From NCBI RefSeq assembly GCF_009914755.1, contig NC_060947.1: a stretch of DNA of 64,000 nucleotides; one strand, 5' to 3'. Shown piece by piece: positions 43,301 through 58,902 of the stretch. The stretch comes from the human T2T-CHM13v2.0 reference genome, Homo sapiens. The notes below the pieces were generated by a model, which was not told the DNA's origin, did not search any database, and saw only the letters and a list, made by a program, of their open reading frames with translations. Position 1 is the first letter of the stretch. Each line of letters starts with the position of its first letter. The position numbers were made by a program, and so were the translations under genes.

Positions 43301-43897
43301 TCAACCATTACAGAAGACAGTGTGGCAATTCCTCAAAGACATAAAAACAGAAATACCATTCAACCCAGCAATCCCATTACTGGGTATATACTTAAAGGAA
43401 AATATATCATTCTATCATAAGGGCACATGCACACATATGTTCATTGTAGCACTATTTACAATAGCACAGACATAGAATCAACCTAAATGCTTATCAGTGG
43501 TAGGCTGGATAAAGGAAATGTGGTACATATGCACCATGGAATACTTTGCAGCCATAAAAAGAATAAGGTAGTGTCCTTTGCAGCACCATGGTTGGAAGTG
43601 GAGACCTATCCTTAGCAAACTAACCCAGGAACAGCAAACCAAATACTGCATGTTCTCACTTTTAAGTGGGAGCTCACATGAGATCACATGAGCACATAGA
43701 GGGGACTGACACACACTGTGGTCTATCGGAAGGTGGAGGGTAGAAGGAGAGAGATAATAAGGACAAATAACTATTTGGTTCTAGACTTAATACCTGGGTA
43801 ACAAAATAATCTGTACATCAAACCCCCATGACACAAGTTTACCTGTATAACAAACTTACACATGTACCCCTGAACTTAAAATAAAAGTTAAAAAAAA
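37397..43897 (+). mobile_element. Full-length decayed L1 (L1PA13-L1PREC2-like), ~6.5 kb
   Basis: 5' aagatggccaactagacacagc; ORF1 remnants (38976-39855), ORF2 endonuclease (39894-40214) through C-terminus (43179-43475); 3' UTR ending cccctgaacttaaaataaaagttaaaa. Confidence 0.9.
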
Positions 43898-45554
43898 TTT
43901 GATTGATAAAAAGTTTTAATTGATGTTTGCACCTCATGGCTTTTCAGAGCCTCTAATATGGTAATATCTGTTATGTTTTTCTGAGGGAAATACGATAAGA
44001 AGCTCCAACATCTTGCAAATTTATGAACATTCAGAGCAGTTGAGTATTCCCCAATTTGTATAGCCCTTAAAGTTTCAAGGAGTGAGTTGGGTAATTGACT
44101 TGGTCCTTCCAGATATGGAACTGTTGAATTTAGTAAAATGCAGTAGTTGTACTAGAGAATAAATTACATCATTAAATCATTAAATAAATTTAAGTCATAC
44201 TTGCTTTGTCCTTCTGTTCCACTTCCAACAAAAAAATACTTTATTAAACACAAGTATACATGGTATATAGCCCATTTTCATTCCTAAGAAACAATAAATA
44301 TCATTCATAATTCTACTTGAAGTCTATGTAATAAGCTACTTTTTAAAAGAAGTATAAAAAGTAAAAGCAGTTAGAAATCAACAAGATGTCAAAATTTGAA
44401 CACCAAAACAAAATTCACTTGGTGATACTCTCTGTGATATTCTCTTTATTATTTTCACACATTCTAACACAATATGCACTAAATGATTTTTCATGGTTTT
44501 GTTAAATCTGAATATGACTTATGATACTGTTTTGCTAAAGATAAGTAAGATCATGGATCCCTTGTTTAGAACCAAATTATTATGTTGCATGATATCAAAG
44601 CTTGCTTTTTAAAAATAAATTTGTAAAAAAAAAAGTCATCCATACTCTCTGCCTTTCAGTTTGTGCTAATAACATTGGCCTTTGTACTTTCACAGTGAAT
44701 TCCAAGATTAAACATTCAGCATAACAAAAAATTAATAGTACTTACCCCCAAAATAGCCTCAATGTACCCAACACATAAGTAATAACTAATATAAATGTTT
44801 GTATAAGAACTTCATAGCAAAATCTAGCACTAAGATAAAGGTCTTAAGGACTATGGCCATGCCAAAAAATAAAAGCACAATAATCTTTTAATCAACAGCT
44901 GTATTTGTCCTATTACATATAAAGCAATCAGGCTATATATTCTCATTACCTTTCAGGCACTTCCTCTAAAAGAAATGTTTGACCTGTATGCAACAATGCA
45001 GTTTATTACATTTAACTCTCACTACCAAATGCAATAGAGCACCAAACATAGATGGGCAATAAAAAATAATTTTGGCTCCTACAGAATTATTTATGAAGTT
45101 GCAATACCCTATATAGTTGGCTGCTACTGGATACCTACTTATTGACTATTTGTGGCAAAACTGTGAGAGAGTGAAGGAAGAGCCTGCATAATTTTTCCTG
45201 CATGGATCAGGGCCAGTATGAATCTGCAGTGTTTTAACTTTCTCTCTCATTTTAAGTATATTTATTCCCCTACATATAGCAGGGCATATAAAAGAGAACA
45301 GAGCTCAAAACCCTATCCCCTAGGACAGAGTTTATATTAGTGCTTTCTGTTTCTTAGTGATTGTATCTCAGATGCCCTAAACTCTGAACTTCATGTCTGG
45401 ATTCGCTAAACCCCTCCCGACTGTAATGATTCTCTGAGTTCAATCTGTGGCCAGTAAGTGCCTGAGTTTTCTAACCTCACCTCTCTCTGAGAATGAAAGA
45501 AAGTAGAACAAATCTTTATTGGCTACTTCAGATGTTCATGACACCTTCAGATAT

Positions 45555-45740
45555 TTTGTCTCATTTTATCCCACAATCACACTGCAAGAAATGAATTTTT
45601 TCATTTAAAAAAAAGAGAAACTGAAGTTCAGAGAAGTAAACTCACTTACTTGTCAAGGTAATTCTACTATATCAGTGGTGCAGTAATCCAGCCTCATTTA
45701 CCTAAGTCCAGAACTAGGATCAAGTCATCGTGAATTAAAT
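45555..45740 (-). mobile_element. MIR remnant
   Basis: gagaaactgaagttcagagaagtaaactcacttacttgtcaaggt. Confidence 0.6.
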
Positions 45741-45824
45741 GTGAAATAACTTTTTAACCTTTATAATCCAGGGAAATCTTTATATTGAAGAGTTCTATTC
45801 ACCTCCCTGCTTACACCCACATCT

Positions 45825-46037
45825 CAATGGAAAGAACACTGAATTATAATTTGGAAGGCAAAGGTTTCCATTCCTTTGTGACCTTAGGCGGAAGATGGAC
45901 TCACTCTGGGTCCCTGTTTAATTATTTATGAAGCAGGGCCAGTTTTCTTGCCCTAATTAACTTGTAGGTGTATTGTGAGGAAAAAGACAATATATATTAA
46001 AATGCTTTGTAAATGATAAAGCACTACCGAAATGTAA
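45825..46037 (+). mobile_element. MIR remnant followed by (ATC/ATG)n
   Basis: aatggaaagaacactg, tgtgaccttagg, attgtgagg, aaaatgctttgtaaatgataaagcactac. Confidence 0.65.
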
Positions 46038-48103
46038 TCATCATGATCATGACGATGATCATGATTATAATGCACATCATTACCAGGGAGATGTTACATT
46101 GTTCTTCCCCAGATCCAGACAAGTCCTTCTTATGTGGACTTCACAGACCCAGGTTTATAATGTGCAAACTCCTGGGACTACATGACAAGAAGGATAATGA
46201 TTTCCCTTTTTGTGAATCCTTGCATTTTTTCAGACTACTGAAAATCTTTAGCAGAGAAGTCTCAGAGGGTTTCTGACAACCTATTTTCTCCTACTGCAGT
46301 TGGGGAGAATAAGATTTATTGGCGTTAAAGCAAAATGGGTTCTTTTCAGTTGAAGCATTTCCCAAATAAATGTCTTTAAAATTTGATTTTATAAGCAGTG
46401 GTCTATAACTTTATTGAAGTGTTCTCTCTTTCTCTGTCTCTGTCTCTCCATCTCTCTCTCTCTTTCCAATCTCTGGAGGTAAGTGACCCATCCTCTGTAT
46501 TATTCTTCATCCTCTCTAATAAACAGTTAGTTCCTAGTTTTTTATTCCTTAGCTTTATGACTAGATCATAAGCACATGTGCACAGAGGACATACTAGCTC
46601 CTGAGGCTAGTGTGCATGTTGCTATTCCTATTGTACTTTGAATTTTAGAGGGCTTCCAGTATCCTACTCTTTAATAAAGTGTGTTAGAAATGTAGACAGT
46701 ATTAATAAACTATCCTCAATTCATTGACATCTAAAAAGAAAATCATTATAAAACACTTATATTTCAACAAATGACTTCAATTGCTCTTAGTGTACTCAGG
46801 ATGTGGGCATTCCTGTGCAATTTTTACAAACACATAGTGTGAAAGAAATATGTCTTTAACACACTTAATTTAACTCAACATTATATTATAAATACATATA
46901 TCTTTTCTGTATATATGTATTCCAATGGCCTTAAGGATCTAAAATATAAGAGATAGAGTCCCCTAATTCTGTTCATCAAAAAGCATTACTACGTATTTTA
47001 TATAGGTGTGCATCATATATTAATCATTGCAGAAAGAGCTATATTATCTTGATTCTTTTCAATCTTATTTTTTCTTGTGTACAAGTGGCACATAACTTTT
47101 ACTTGCTAGTGGGAATTCTTGATTTCAAATATCAGAATTTCTGTCTTTATTAAATTAACCCTTTATGTGCTACGAATAGTTTAACCAGTTCATTATTATG
47201 CTTAATGGCTGTTTTCTTGGAATAAATGATTGTTCAATACAATCCAATATATTAATTGAGCTTCCAATATATATACAATGTAGTAGACACTTCAGTGGAT
47301 AGACAAATTAGTGAAAAGAGCACAATCCCCATGCCTACAAAGCTTAAACCACAATAGTGGTAAATGAGGCAATGACTTATGAATATAAAACAAGGACAAG
47401 TACAATTTCTGACAAGAAAAGATGCTTTAAATATAACCAGCTTCCTATAATAGTAATACAAATCAAATATCCATGAATTTATCTAAATGCCTTTGTAAAC
47501 CATTATGTTTTTTGTTATATTCAGTATGTATCACCTTCTGATATATCACTTTTCTTTTGATTTTTTTGCATATAATAGTATGTTTTAGGCTACAATGAGT
47601 ATCCAAAAATGGGGTATTCTGATTTTATATATTTTAATTATATCATGCCTTTACTTCAATCATTCCAGGCTGAATATTGCAAAATTTGCAGTCTATTTAT
47701 ACAGGGAAGGCAGTACATCCGTTTGCTTATAGTTTCTTTTTTTATTATTACAAATGTAAAATGATTCTGTTTCCAAATATAAAGGTATCATAGTCACAAA
47801 AACACAATTTAGAGAATATTGTATGCATTAAAATTGATAGAATATTGAATGTTGCCAAAATAATATTTTAAGATTCAAAGCTCTTTCACTCAGGGAGGTC
47901 AAAGTACATCTTAAGCAATATTTAATCTCTTAAAAAACAAGAAAGTGGGAAATATCATCATTCAGAGGATGACTTCTTTCCTTTGGCCACAGCCATTTAA
48001 AAACTACTTGGAAGTCTCAGTAAAACAGACTCTGACAATACTTTACTGAATAAAGTGTTACTTTTAAAAGATAAAAATTTTGTGAATATAAAGTATTGCA
48101 GGT

Positions 48104-48452
48104 TGTATTAGTCCGTTTTCATGCGGCTGATAAAGGCATACCTGAGACTGGAAATAAAAATAGGTTTAATTAGACTTACAATTCCACATGGCTGGGAAGG
48201 CCTCAGAATCATGGTGGGAGGTGAGAGGCACTTCTTACATGGCAGCAGCAAGAGAAAATGAGAAAGATGCAAAAGCAGAAACCCCTGATCAAATCATCAG
48301 ATGTCGTGACACTTACTACCATGAGAACAGTATGGGGGAACCACTCCCATGATTCAAATTATCTCGAACCGGGTTCCTCTGACAACCCGTGGGAATTATG
48401 GGAGTACAATTCCAGATGAGATTTGGTGGGGACACAGAGCCAAACCATATCA
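48104..48452 (-). mobile_element. THE1B-like solo LTR
   Basis: tgtattagtccgttttcatgc...gccaaaccatatca; TSD caggt/catgt. Confidence 0.92.
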
Positions 48453-48679
48453 CATGTGCATTCCCAAAAACTGAAAAATACTGCTCAGTAAAATAGAGAA
48501 AAAGTACTAACATGCATATTTCCACACCCAGAAATATCTTTATTAAAATTTTGGTTTATGTTTTCCAACCTATTTCTGTGTATGTGTGGGTGTGTGTTAA
48601 AAAAATGTGAGCATTCTCCACAAAGTCTTATATACTGTTTTTTATTTTACAAAACACAAATTTGACTGTGTAATAAATA

Positions 48680-48996
48680 CAATTGGCCTTCTGTATCCAT
48701 GAGTTTCATAGATTCAACCAACCATACATTGAAAATGTTTGGAAAAACTATATAAATAATAATACAAGAACAGAAAATAACACTTTAAAAAACAAAATAT
48801 AACCACTATTTACCTAAAATTTACATTTTATTAGGTGTTTCAAACAATCTAGAGATAATTTAAAGTATATGAGAGGATATGCATAAGTTATATGTAAATT
48901 CTATGCCATTTTATATAAGAGACTTAAGCATCTATGGATTTTGGTATCCATGAGGAATCCTGGAACCAAACCCTCACAGATACTGGAGGACGAATG
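48680..48996. mobile_element. Tigger3a/MER7-type MITE
   Basis: caattggccttctgtatcc...gattcaaccaacc...tctagagataatttaaagtata...cctggaaccaa...gatactggaggacgaatg. Confidence 0.8.
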
Positions 48997-49003
48997 TGTT
49001 TTT

Positions 49004-49645
49004 TTGTCTTTTCTTTTTTTTTTTTTTAATTATACTGTAAGTTCTAGGGTACATGTACACAACGTGCAGGATTGTTACATAGGTACACACGTGCCACGTT
49101 GGTTTGCTGCACCCATTAACTCGTCATTTACATTAGGTATTTCTCCTAATGCTATCCCTCTCCCTGCCCCCCACCCCATGACAGGCCCCAGGGTGTGATG
49201 TTCCCCACCCTGTGACCAAATGTTCTCACTGTTCTATTCCCACCTATGAGTGAGAACATGTGGTGTTTGGTTTTCTGTCCTTGTGATAGTTTGCTCAGAA
49301 TGATGGTTTCCGGCTGCATCTATGTCCCTGCAAAGGACATGAACTCATCCTTTTTTATGGCTGCATAATAATCCATGGTGCATATGTGCCACATTTTCTT
49401 AATCCAGTCTATCATTGATGGACATTTGGGTTGGTTCCAAGTCTTTGCTATTGTGAATAGTGCTGCTAAACATACATGTGCATATGTCTTTATAGCAGCA
49501 TGATTTATAATCCTTTGGGTATATACCCAGTAATGAGATTGCTGGGTCACATGGTATTTCTAGTTCTAGATCCTTGGGGAATCGCCACACTGTCTTCCAC
49601 AATGGTTGAACTAGTTTACACTCCCACCAACAGTATAAAAGCGTT
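49004..49645 (-). mobile_element. L1PA6-like truncated 3' end
   Basis: T tail plus young L1PA 3' UTR; 13-bp TSD cgaatgtgttttt at 48991-49003 and 49646-49658. Confidence 0.92.
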
Positions 49646-49689
49646 CGAATGTGTTTTTCATAAAGCTGAAATTTAAATGTTGGCCAGTA

Positions 49690-49945
49690 GTCTTCTGTGT
49701 GAACATACCTAAATGTACATAACTATTTTACGTTTATTTTCTTTTATTTTCAACTATTTCCTTATAAATAACATTGTGATTAATATTCCTGTGCATAAAC
49801 ATGATGCCGATTACTAATTATTTACTAAGCTTCAATTACTATACGTGAATTATAAGTCAAAAGGTATAAACAATGTTTGAATCCTTATACACACTGCCAA
49901 ATAGCTCTCTAAATAAGCCATCTCAACTTAGACTACCACCAGCTC
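49690..49945 (-). mobile_element. Ancient L1ME-like 3' fragment
   Basis: ataaataacattgtgattaatattcctgtgcat, aagtcaaaaggtata, actgccaaatagctctc. Confidence 0.5.
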
Positions 49946-50409
49946 AAAAGCCCTGGACCCCCCTCACTATATTCCACCCAGAGACAGATGACGGTTTTCA
50001 TTCCTGACTAACAAATAAACAAAAACAAAAAGACTTTTTTACTTATAAAAATATGTAACACAAGTTATGTATTTCCAGGGCTGAGAGAATGTTCAATTTT
50101 AAAATAGGCAAAATCTATAATGTTGCTATCTCTTTTTCTGTCACATTTCTGTCTACATTTAGTATTCCTTCTTCCTATTTTCACCCACATGAAGCAAGAT
50201 ATCTCATACTGCAATTTTTTACTCTTTTTAGAAAGATAAATTTTGATGTACAATATTAAAGAATGCTAAAATTCCTATCATTAAAGAGTAAAACAAAATA
50301 TTTAGTATGAAGCCTCCCTGATGTACACTAAACTTCCAACGATTTCAACTATCACTTATTTGTTTAAGGCTAAACGCTGCCTTGTACACTTCTACATGGA
50401 AGGGTGCCT

Positions 50410-50560
50410 ACCACCTGCCAGGTACTATACTTACACTTTATGTAATCTCACTCAATCCTTAGTATAATCATTTGAAGTGGGTATTTTTTTTTTCATATTA
50501 TATAGATAAAGAAAGTAAAGCACAGTGGGGAGAAGTAATTTGCTCAAAGTCACATGGCCC
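50410..50560 (-). mobile_element. MIR remnant
   Basis: tatagataaagaaagtaaagcacagtggggagaagtaatttgctcaaagtcacatggc. Confidence 0.65.
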
Positions 50561-50904
50561 TTAGAAATAATTCAGCATGGTAGAGAAGATGTATCTAGTC
50601 CATTAACTTCTTTGCCCTCATCTCTCAAAGCTCTCCTCCTAATTCTAAATCTAATCACATGTTTATTTCAGTTTTCTCAGCACTCATTAATGTTCTCTTT
50701 TGCCTTGTCTATTTGTATTTGAAATTACCTACATAGCTCCTAATATTAGTCCTCCAAACTCTTCATTCTACAGGTTAAATTTTGGAGGTTACTTTGTTTA
50801 AGCAAACTTCCCTAGCTCTTCTATCTTGGTTAAATACGTCTCCTATCTGGTCTTAGCGTACACTTGTATGGGTGCTAATAAAGCACATACAATGCTGAGT
50901 CACG

Positions 50905-51290
50905 GATACTTTGTTAAACCACCCAGCTCTCTTTCAGAACTTAGGTACTTAGTCCTCCAGCTGCTTACAAACATTGGTAGCTGAGCCTTTACCTTAAGAC
51001 CATACCTCCTTTCCTGAAGTACACAACATTCAATGACTGGCAAATGCAGGTATGTAAAGGTCCAGAATCACTGCCTCAAGGTGACATAACTTTTGAAGAT
51101 CATATCCATTCTAGAGTATCCAGAGGGACCTGCTGAGGTCTTTGTTAACATTTTATCTGGTTCAGCTCCCTCTGTCCAATCTTTTTGTCTTCTGCCCCTC
51201 ATAGATGTTGATTCTGAGAGTATCTCACCTGCCCACATAACAAATGTGGCATGCAAATCTACATCTCATAGACTTTTCTTAAAGAAGACA
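50905..51290 (+). mobile_element. ERVL LTR (LTR16A-like), diverged
   Basis: tgcctcaagg..., gctgaggtctttgtt, atagatgttgattctgagagtatctc...gcatgcaaatctacatctca. Confidence 0.55.
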
Positions 51291-51339
51291 ACAAAAATAG
51301 TCAACATTTTAACTGATTTCTTTCTTGGCTATTTACCTC

Positions 51340-51428
51340 AATAAACTATAAATCAAAGAGAGCTTTTGTTCTCCATCATCTCCACAGTCTTTCTCAATAA
51401 ATACTGATTGAATAAATGCATGAATGAA
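51340..51428 (+). mobile_element. L2 3' terminus
   Basis: ctcaataaatactgattgaataaatgcatgaatgaa tail. Confidence 0.55.
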
Positions 51429-52768
51429 AAAGAGTTACAATTCCAACTCATAATTGTTGGACACAAAAGTCCGAGTTTCTTCCACTATGGAGTATAGCAC
51501 TGCCCTCTTAAGGAGATGAGACATAAAATAGGAGAGAAAAAAATACACTTATGCGAAGACTATTCAGCTTTATGTCTTTTCAATCTAGAGGACAAAAAGA
51601 GCAGAAAATAAGCCTTTCAGAAAACACAGAATATTTCATTGTTTAAACAAAGTTAGTCTTTATGTAAATAAAACATATAATTTCCTAAATAATTAAGCCA
51701 ACCAGTCAAATTACGTAGCATAAAAAAATCTATCCTGTATTAATTGTCTTAATTAAAACCAGGAACTCAATTCTTCCTTCAAGGATATTAGAGTATGCTT
51801 ATTTATTTCTTCTATCCTCAATTATGCTCTACTCCTTGAACTGATGAGAATATTTGTCTAATGTGAATCTATAAAACACTAAGCATAGTAAATACCATAG
51901 TTTCACACCTATGCCACTTTTCCCTAGTAATCCCCAAATGAACATCAAAAACATTCAAAACTGATTAAGATAATATAGCAGTATATTATAAATGGACTAC
52001 CATAAAGCCTGCAGTTAAATTTGAAGGAAAAGTTAATGTATAAAACCCTACTTAATTTGGGGGCCAAAATAGAGATACCATAATAGAAGATGCATAACCT
52101 TCAATACTTTTCAAATGCTCTTACTTTCACAAATAAAAATTAAATTCAACAGTTATCTCCATGTAAAATTTATATGTAAAATGCAAATTTTACTACAATT
52201 GTGAAATTCAACCTTTCTATGAATAACACATACATATATGCATACATGTTAATACTCATGTGTATTTATGTACATTTGAGCTAGCATAGAATTCCATTAT
52301 TTGCACTCAAGAATGAAATAGGATTATTCAAAATAATCTTAGAAACCTAAGCCCAGCAACAAATAAAATCATATTCTTAAGGACAATTGTGGGTGTCATA
52401 GCGTAATCATCTTTTTTGCCAATGAAATAAAGCACAGTGTGAAACATTTTCTGTCTCTTCAAAACAGTCTTGTGTAATTTCATGATGGCATATGAGTTTG
52501 AGCTACCGTGAATAATTGAAATGAAATGGTAATTATTAAAAAAGAAGTTGAATCTTAGACTATTATTAACATGATTTGTATAATATGCCCCTGCTATATT
52601 TAAAAACAAATGGGATTTATAGTCATACTAGTCTGAATTAGAGCAAATCTCAATTTTGATCTTTGGTTTCTATAACTAGTTAGGCCAAATGATTCACTGA
52701 GATACAATTGTATGGGCAAGAAATTTAGATATGAGCAAGGAGAACATGGAAAGAATACCATACTGAAA

Positions 52769-53177
52769 TGATACAGGAGCTAGAAATAAATTATTTAGAC
52801 AGATAGTGAGGGTAAGAGAGTCCTCAGTAAGGTTTCCTTTTAATTAAAAGCAGCCTTGAAAAGGCTAGCTAGGGGTCAAGCATGGCCAGCTTCTTCAAAT
52901 ATTATGTAAATGGCATACCTGGCCTGACCAATCTCTTGGGCCTTATGTAAATCAGACAGTGCCTCCTCAAGCTCATCTATAAAACCCCATGCATTTAACC
53001 ATGAAACTGGGAGACACACTTAGGATCCACTCTCTCTCTGCAGGAGAGAGAGATTTTCTCTTTTCTCTCTCCTATTAAACCTCCACTCTGAATCTCACTT
53101 CTTCTGTGTCTGCATCCTCAATTTCCTTGGAGTGAGACAATTCTTGGGTATTTACCCAAGAAAACAACACTGCTTCA
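52769..53177 (+). mobile_element. ERV1 solo LTR (MER50-like), internally shortened
   Basis: TG...CA termini tgatacaggagctag / actgcttca; 4-bp TSD gaaa/gaat; CCAAT ~52928, TATAAAA ~52978, ATTAAA ~53074. Confidence 0.8.
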
Positions 53178-53610
53178 GAATCACTCAATCTCTTTGTTAG
53201 AATGTTATGATTCATAATTGATAAGAAATGATTATACAAGGAATGAAAAGCAATAACCAGAAAAAGGTAACAATAAAAGTATTTTTTTTTTTTGCCATGC
53301 ACCTTCAGGTTTATCCTTGCTTACACCAAAATGATTAATAAATTAATTTAATTCCACATATAAATCAATTGTATTATTACAACTACCAGAGGATATTTAA
53401 ATGTTTTTTTTCTTTTATTTAGAAAGCTTTGTTGGAATAGTACCCATTAGTAAACATATCACCAAATTTGAAACAGCTTACACATTTAAACCTAAAGACA
53501 ATAAAGAGAAAAAATTCACCAAAAGTGTATGCATATGACCGAGGTAAGTGACTGCTCACATTGTTTCAGCCTCGTATGCAAAGGTAAATATAAATGTCAG
53601 AAAAAAATTA

Positions 53611-53897
53611 GGCCAAATGTGGCTGCTCACGTCTGTAATCTCAGCACGTTGGGAGGCTGAGGTGGGAGGATTGCTTGAGGCTGGAAGTTCAAGACCAGCC
53701 TGGGAAACATAGTGAGACCCCTCATCTCTACAAAAAATTCAAAAATTAGCTTAGTGTACTGTTTCTTACCTGTAGTCCTAGCTACCTGAGAGGCTGAGGT
53801 GTGAGGATCTCTTGAGCCCAGGACTTTAAGGTTGCAGCGAGCTATGATTAAGCCTTTGCTCTCCAGATTGGGTGACACAACAAGATCTTGTCTCAAA
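53611..53897 (+). mobile_element. AluJ
   Basis: ggaggattgcttgag...cctgggaaacatagtgagaccc and gagctatgat AluJ diagnostics. Confidence 0.9.
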
Positions 53898-53941
53898 TTT
53901 TTTTTTGTTTGTTTATTATAGAAGAAAGAAAATAAAGGAAA

Positions 53942-57108
<3,167 letters not shown>

Positions 57109-57332
57109 TATATAAATATATACATAATGTGCATATTTTATATATAAATATATTTATATATTTATATTTTATACACAAATATATATTTATATATACCATA
57201 TAAATATATATTTGTATATAATATGCAAATACATATTTATATATACCATATTTATATTTTATATTATATATAATATAATATGCATAATATTATATATTAT
57301 ATATTTATATTTATATATTATATATTATAAAT

Positions 57333-58390
57333 ATATAAATATGTTTTTATATATAAAAATATATAAATATGTTTTTATATATAAAAATATATAAATATGT
57401 TTTTATATATAAAAATATATAAATATGTTTTTATATATAAAAATATATAAATATGTTTTTATATATAAAAATATATAAATATGTTTTTATATATAAAAAT
57501 ATATAAATATGTTTTTATATATAAAAATATATAAATATGTTTTTATATATAAAAATATATAAATATGTTTTTATATATAAAAATATATAAATATGTTTTT
57601 ATATATAAAAATATATAAATATGTTTTTATATATAAAAATATATAAATATGTTTTTATATATAAAAATATATAAATATGTTTTTATATATAAAAAAATAT
57701 AAATATGTTTTTATATATAAAAATATAAATATGTTTTTATATATAAAAAAATATAAATATGTTTTTATATATAAAAATATAAATATGTTTTTATATATAA
57801 AAAAATATAAATATGTTTTTATATATAAAAAAATATAAATATGTTTTTATATATAAAAAAATATAAATATGTTTTTATATATAAAAAAATATAAATATGT
57901 TTTTATATATAAAAAAATATAAATATGTTTTTATATATAAAAAAATATAAATATGTTTTTATATATAAAAATATAAATATGTTTTTATATATAAAAAAAT
58001 GTAAATATGTTTTTGTATATAAAAAAATGTAAATATGTTTTTGTATATAAAAAAATGTAAATATGTTTTTGTATATAAAAAAATGTAAATATGTTTTTGT
58101 ATATAAAAAAATGTAAATATGTTTTTGTATATAAAAAAATGTAAATATGTTTTTGTATATAAAAATATGTAAATATGTTTTTGTATATAAAAATATGTAA
58201 ATATGTTTTTGTATATAAAAATATGTAAATATGTTTTTGTATATAAAAATATGTAAATATGTTTTTGTATATAAAAATATGTAAATATGTTTTTGTATAT
58301 AAAAATATGTAAATATGTTTTTGTATATAAAAATATGTAAATATGTTTTTGTATATAAAAATATGTAAATATGTTTTTGTATATAAAAAT
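57333..58390. repeat. AT-rich minisatellite (VNTR), ~28-bp unit, ~38 copies
   Basis: Unit atataaatatgtttttatatataaaaat with ordered variant blocks; preceded by degenerate TA sequence from ~57108. Confidence 0.97.
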
Positions 58391-58399
58391 ATATATATA

Positions 58400-58458
58400 T
58401 TTTACCAGATATACTATCTTAGTGTAGAATTTTTTTCTTGAACACTTAAAATATGTCA
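58400..58458 (-). repeat. Inverted duplicate of 57046-57105
   Basis: Reverse complement tgacatattttaagtgttcaagaaaaaaattctacactaagatagtatatctggtaaaa differs from 57046-57105 by 2 substitutions and 1 deletion. Confidence 0.95.
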
Positions 58459-58539
58459 GTTAAAATATAGTATAAAGATATATTTATATAATACATATAT
58501 TTTATATTAATATATATATTTAAGCATATATATGCTTAA

Positions 58540-58830
<291 letters not shown>

Positions 58831-58902
58831 AAACCTCTTTTCTTTATAGATTACCCCATCTTGAGTATGTCTTTATTAGCAGCATGAGAACAGACTAATA
58901 CA
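58831..58902 (+). mobile_element. Last 72 bp of a THE1 LTR
   Basis: aaacctcttttctttatagattacccc...agcagcatgagaacagactaataca is the reverse complement of the LTR ends at 31914 and 33438. Confidence 0.9.

Noticed and set aside
46476-46487. Identical gaggtaagtgac at both candidate donors (also 53541-53552)
   Set aside because: Nine bases are the donor consensus that I selected on; the extra three are unremarkable
57333-58390. Regular 28-bp array as CRISPR-like
   Set aside because: Pure tandem units without unique spacers, eukaryotic context, no cas genes
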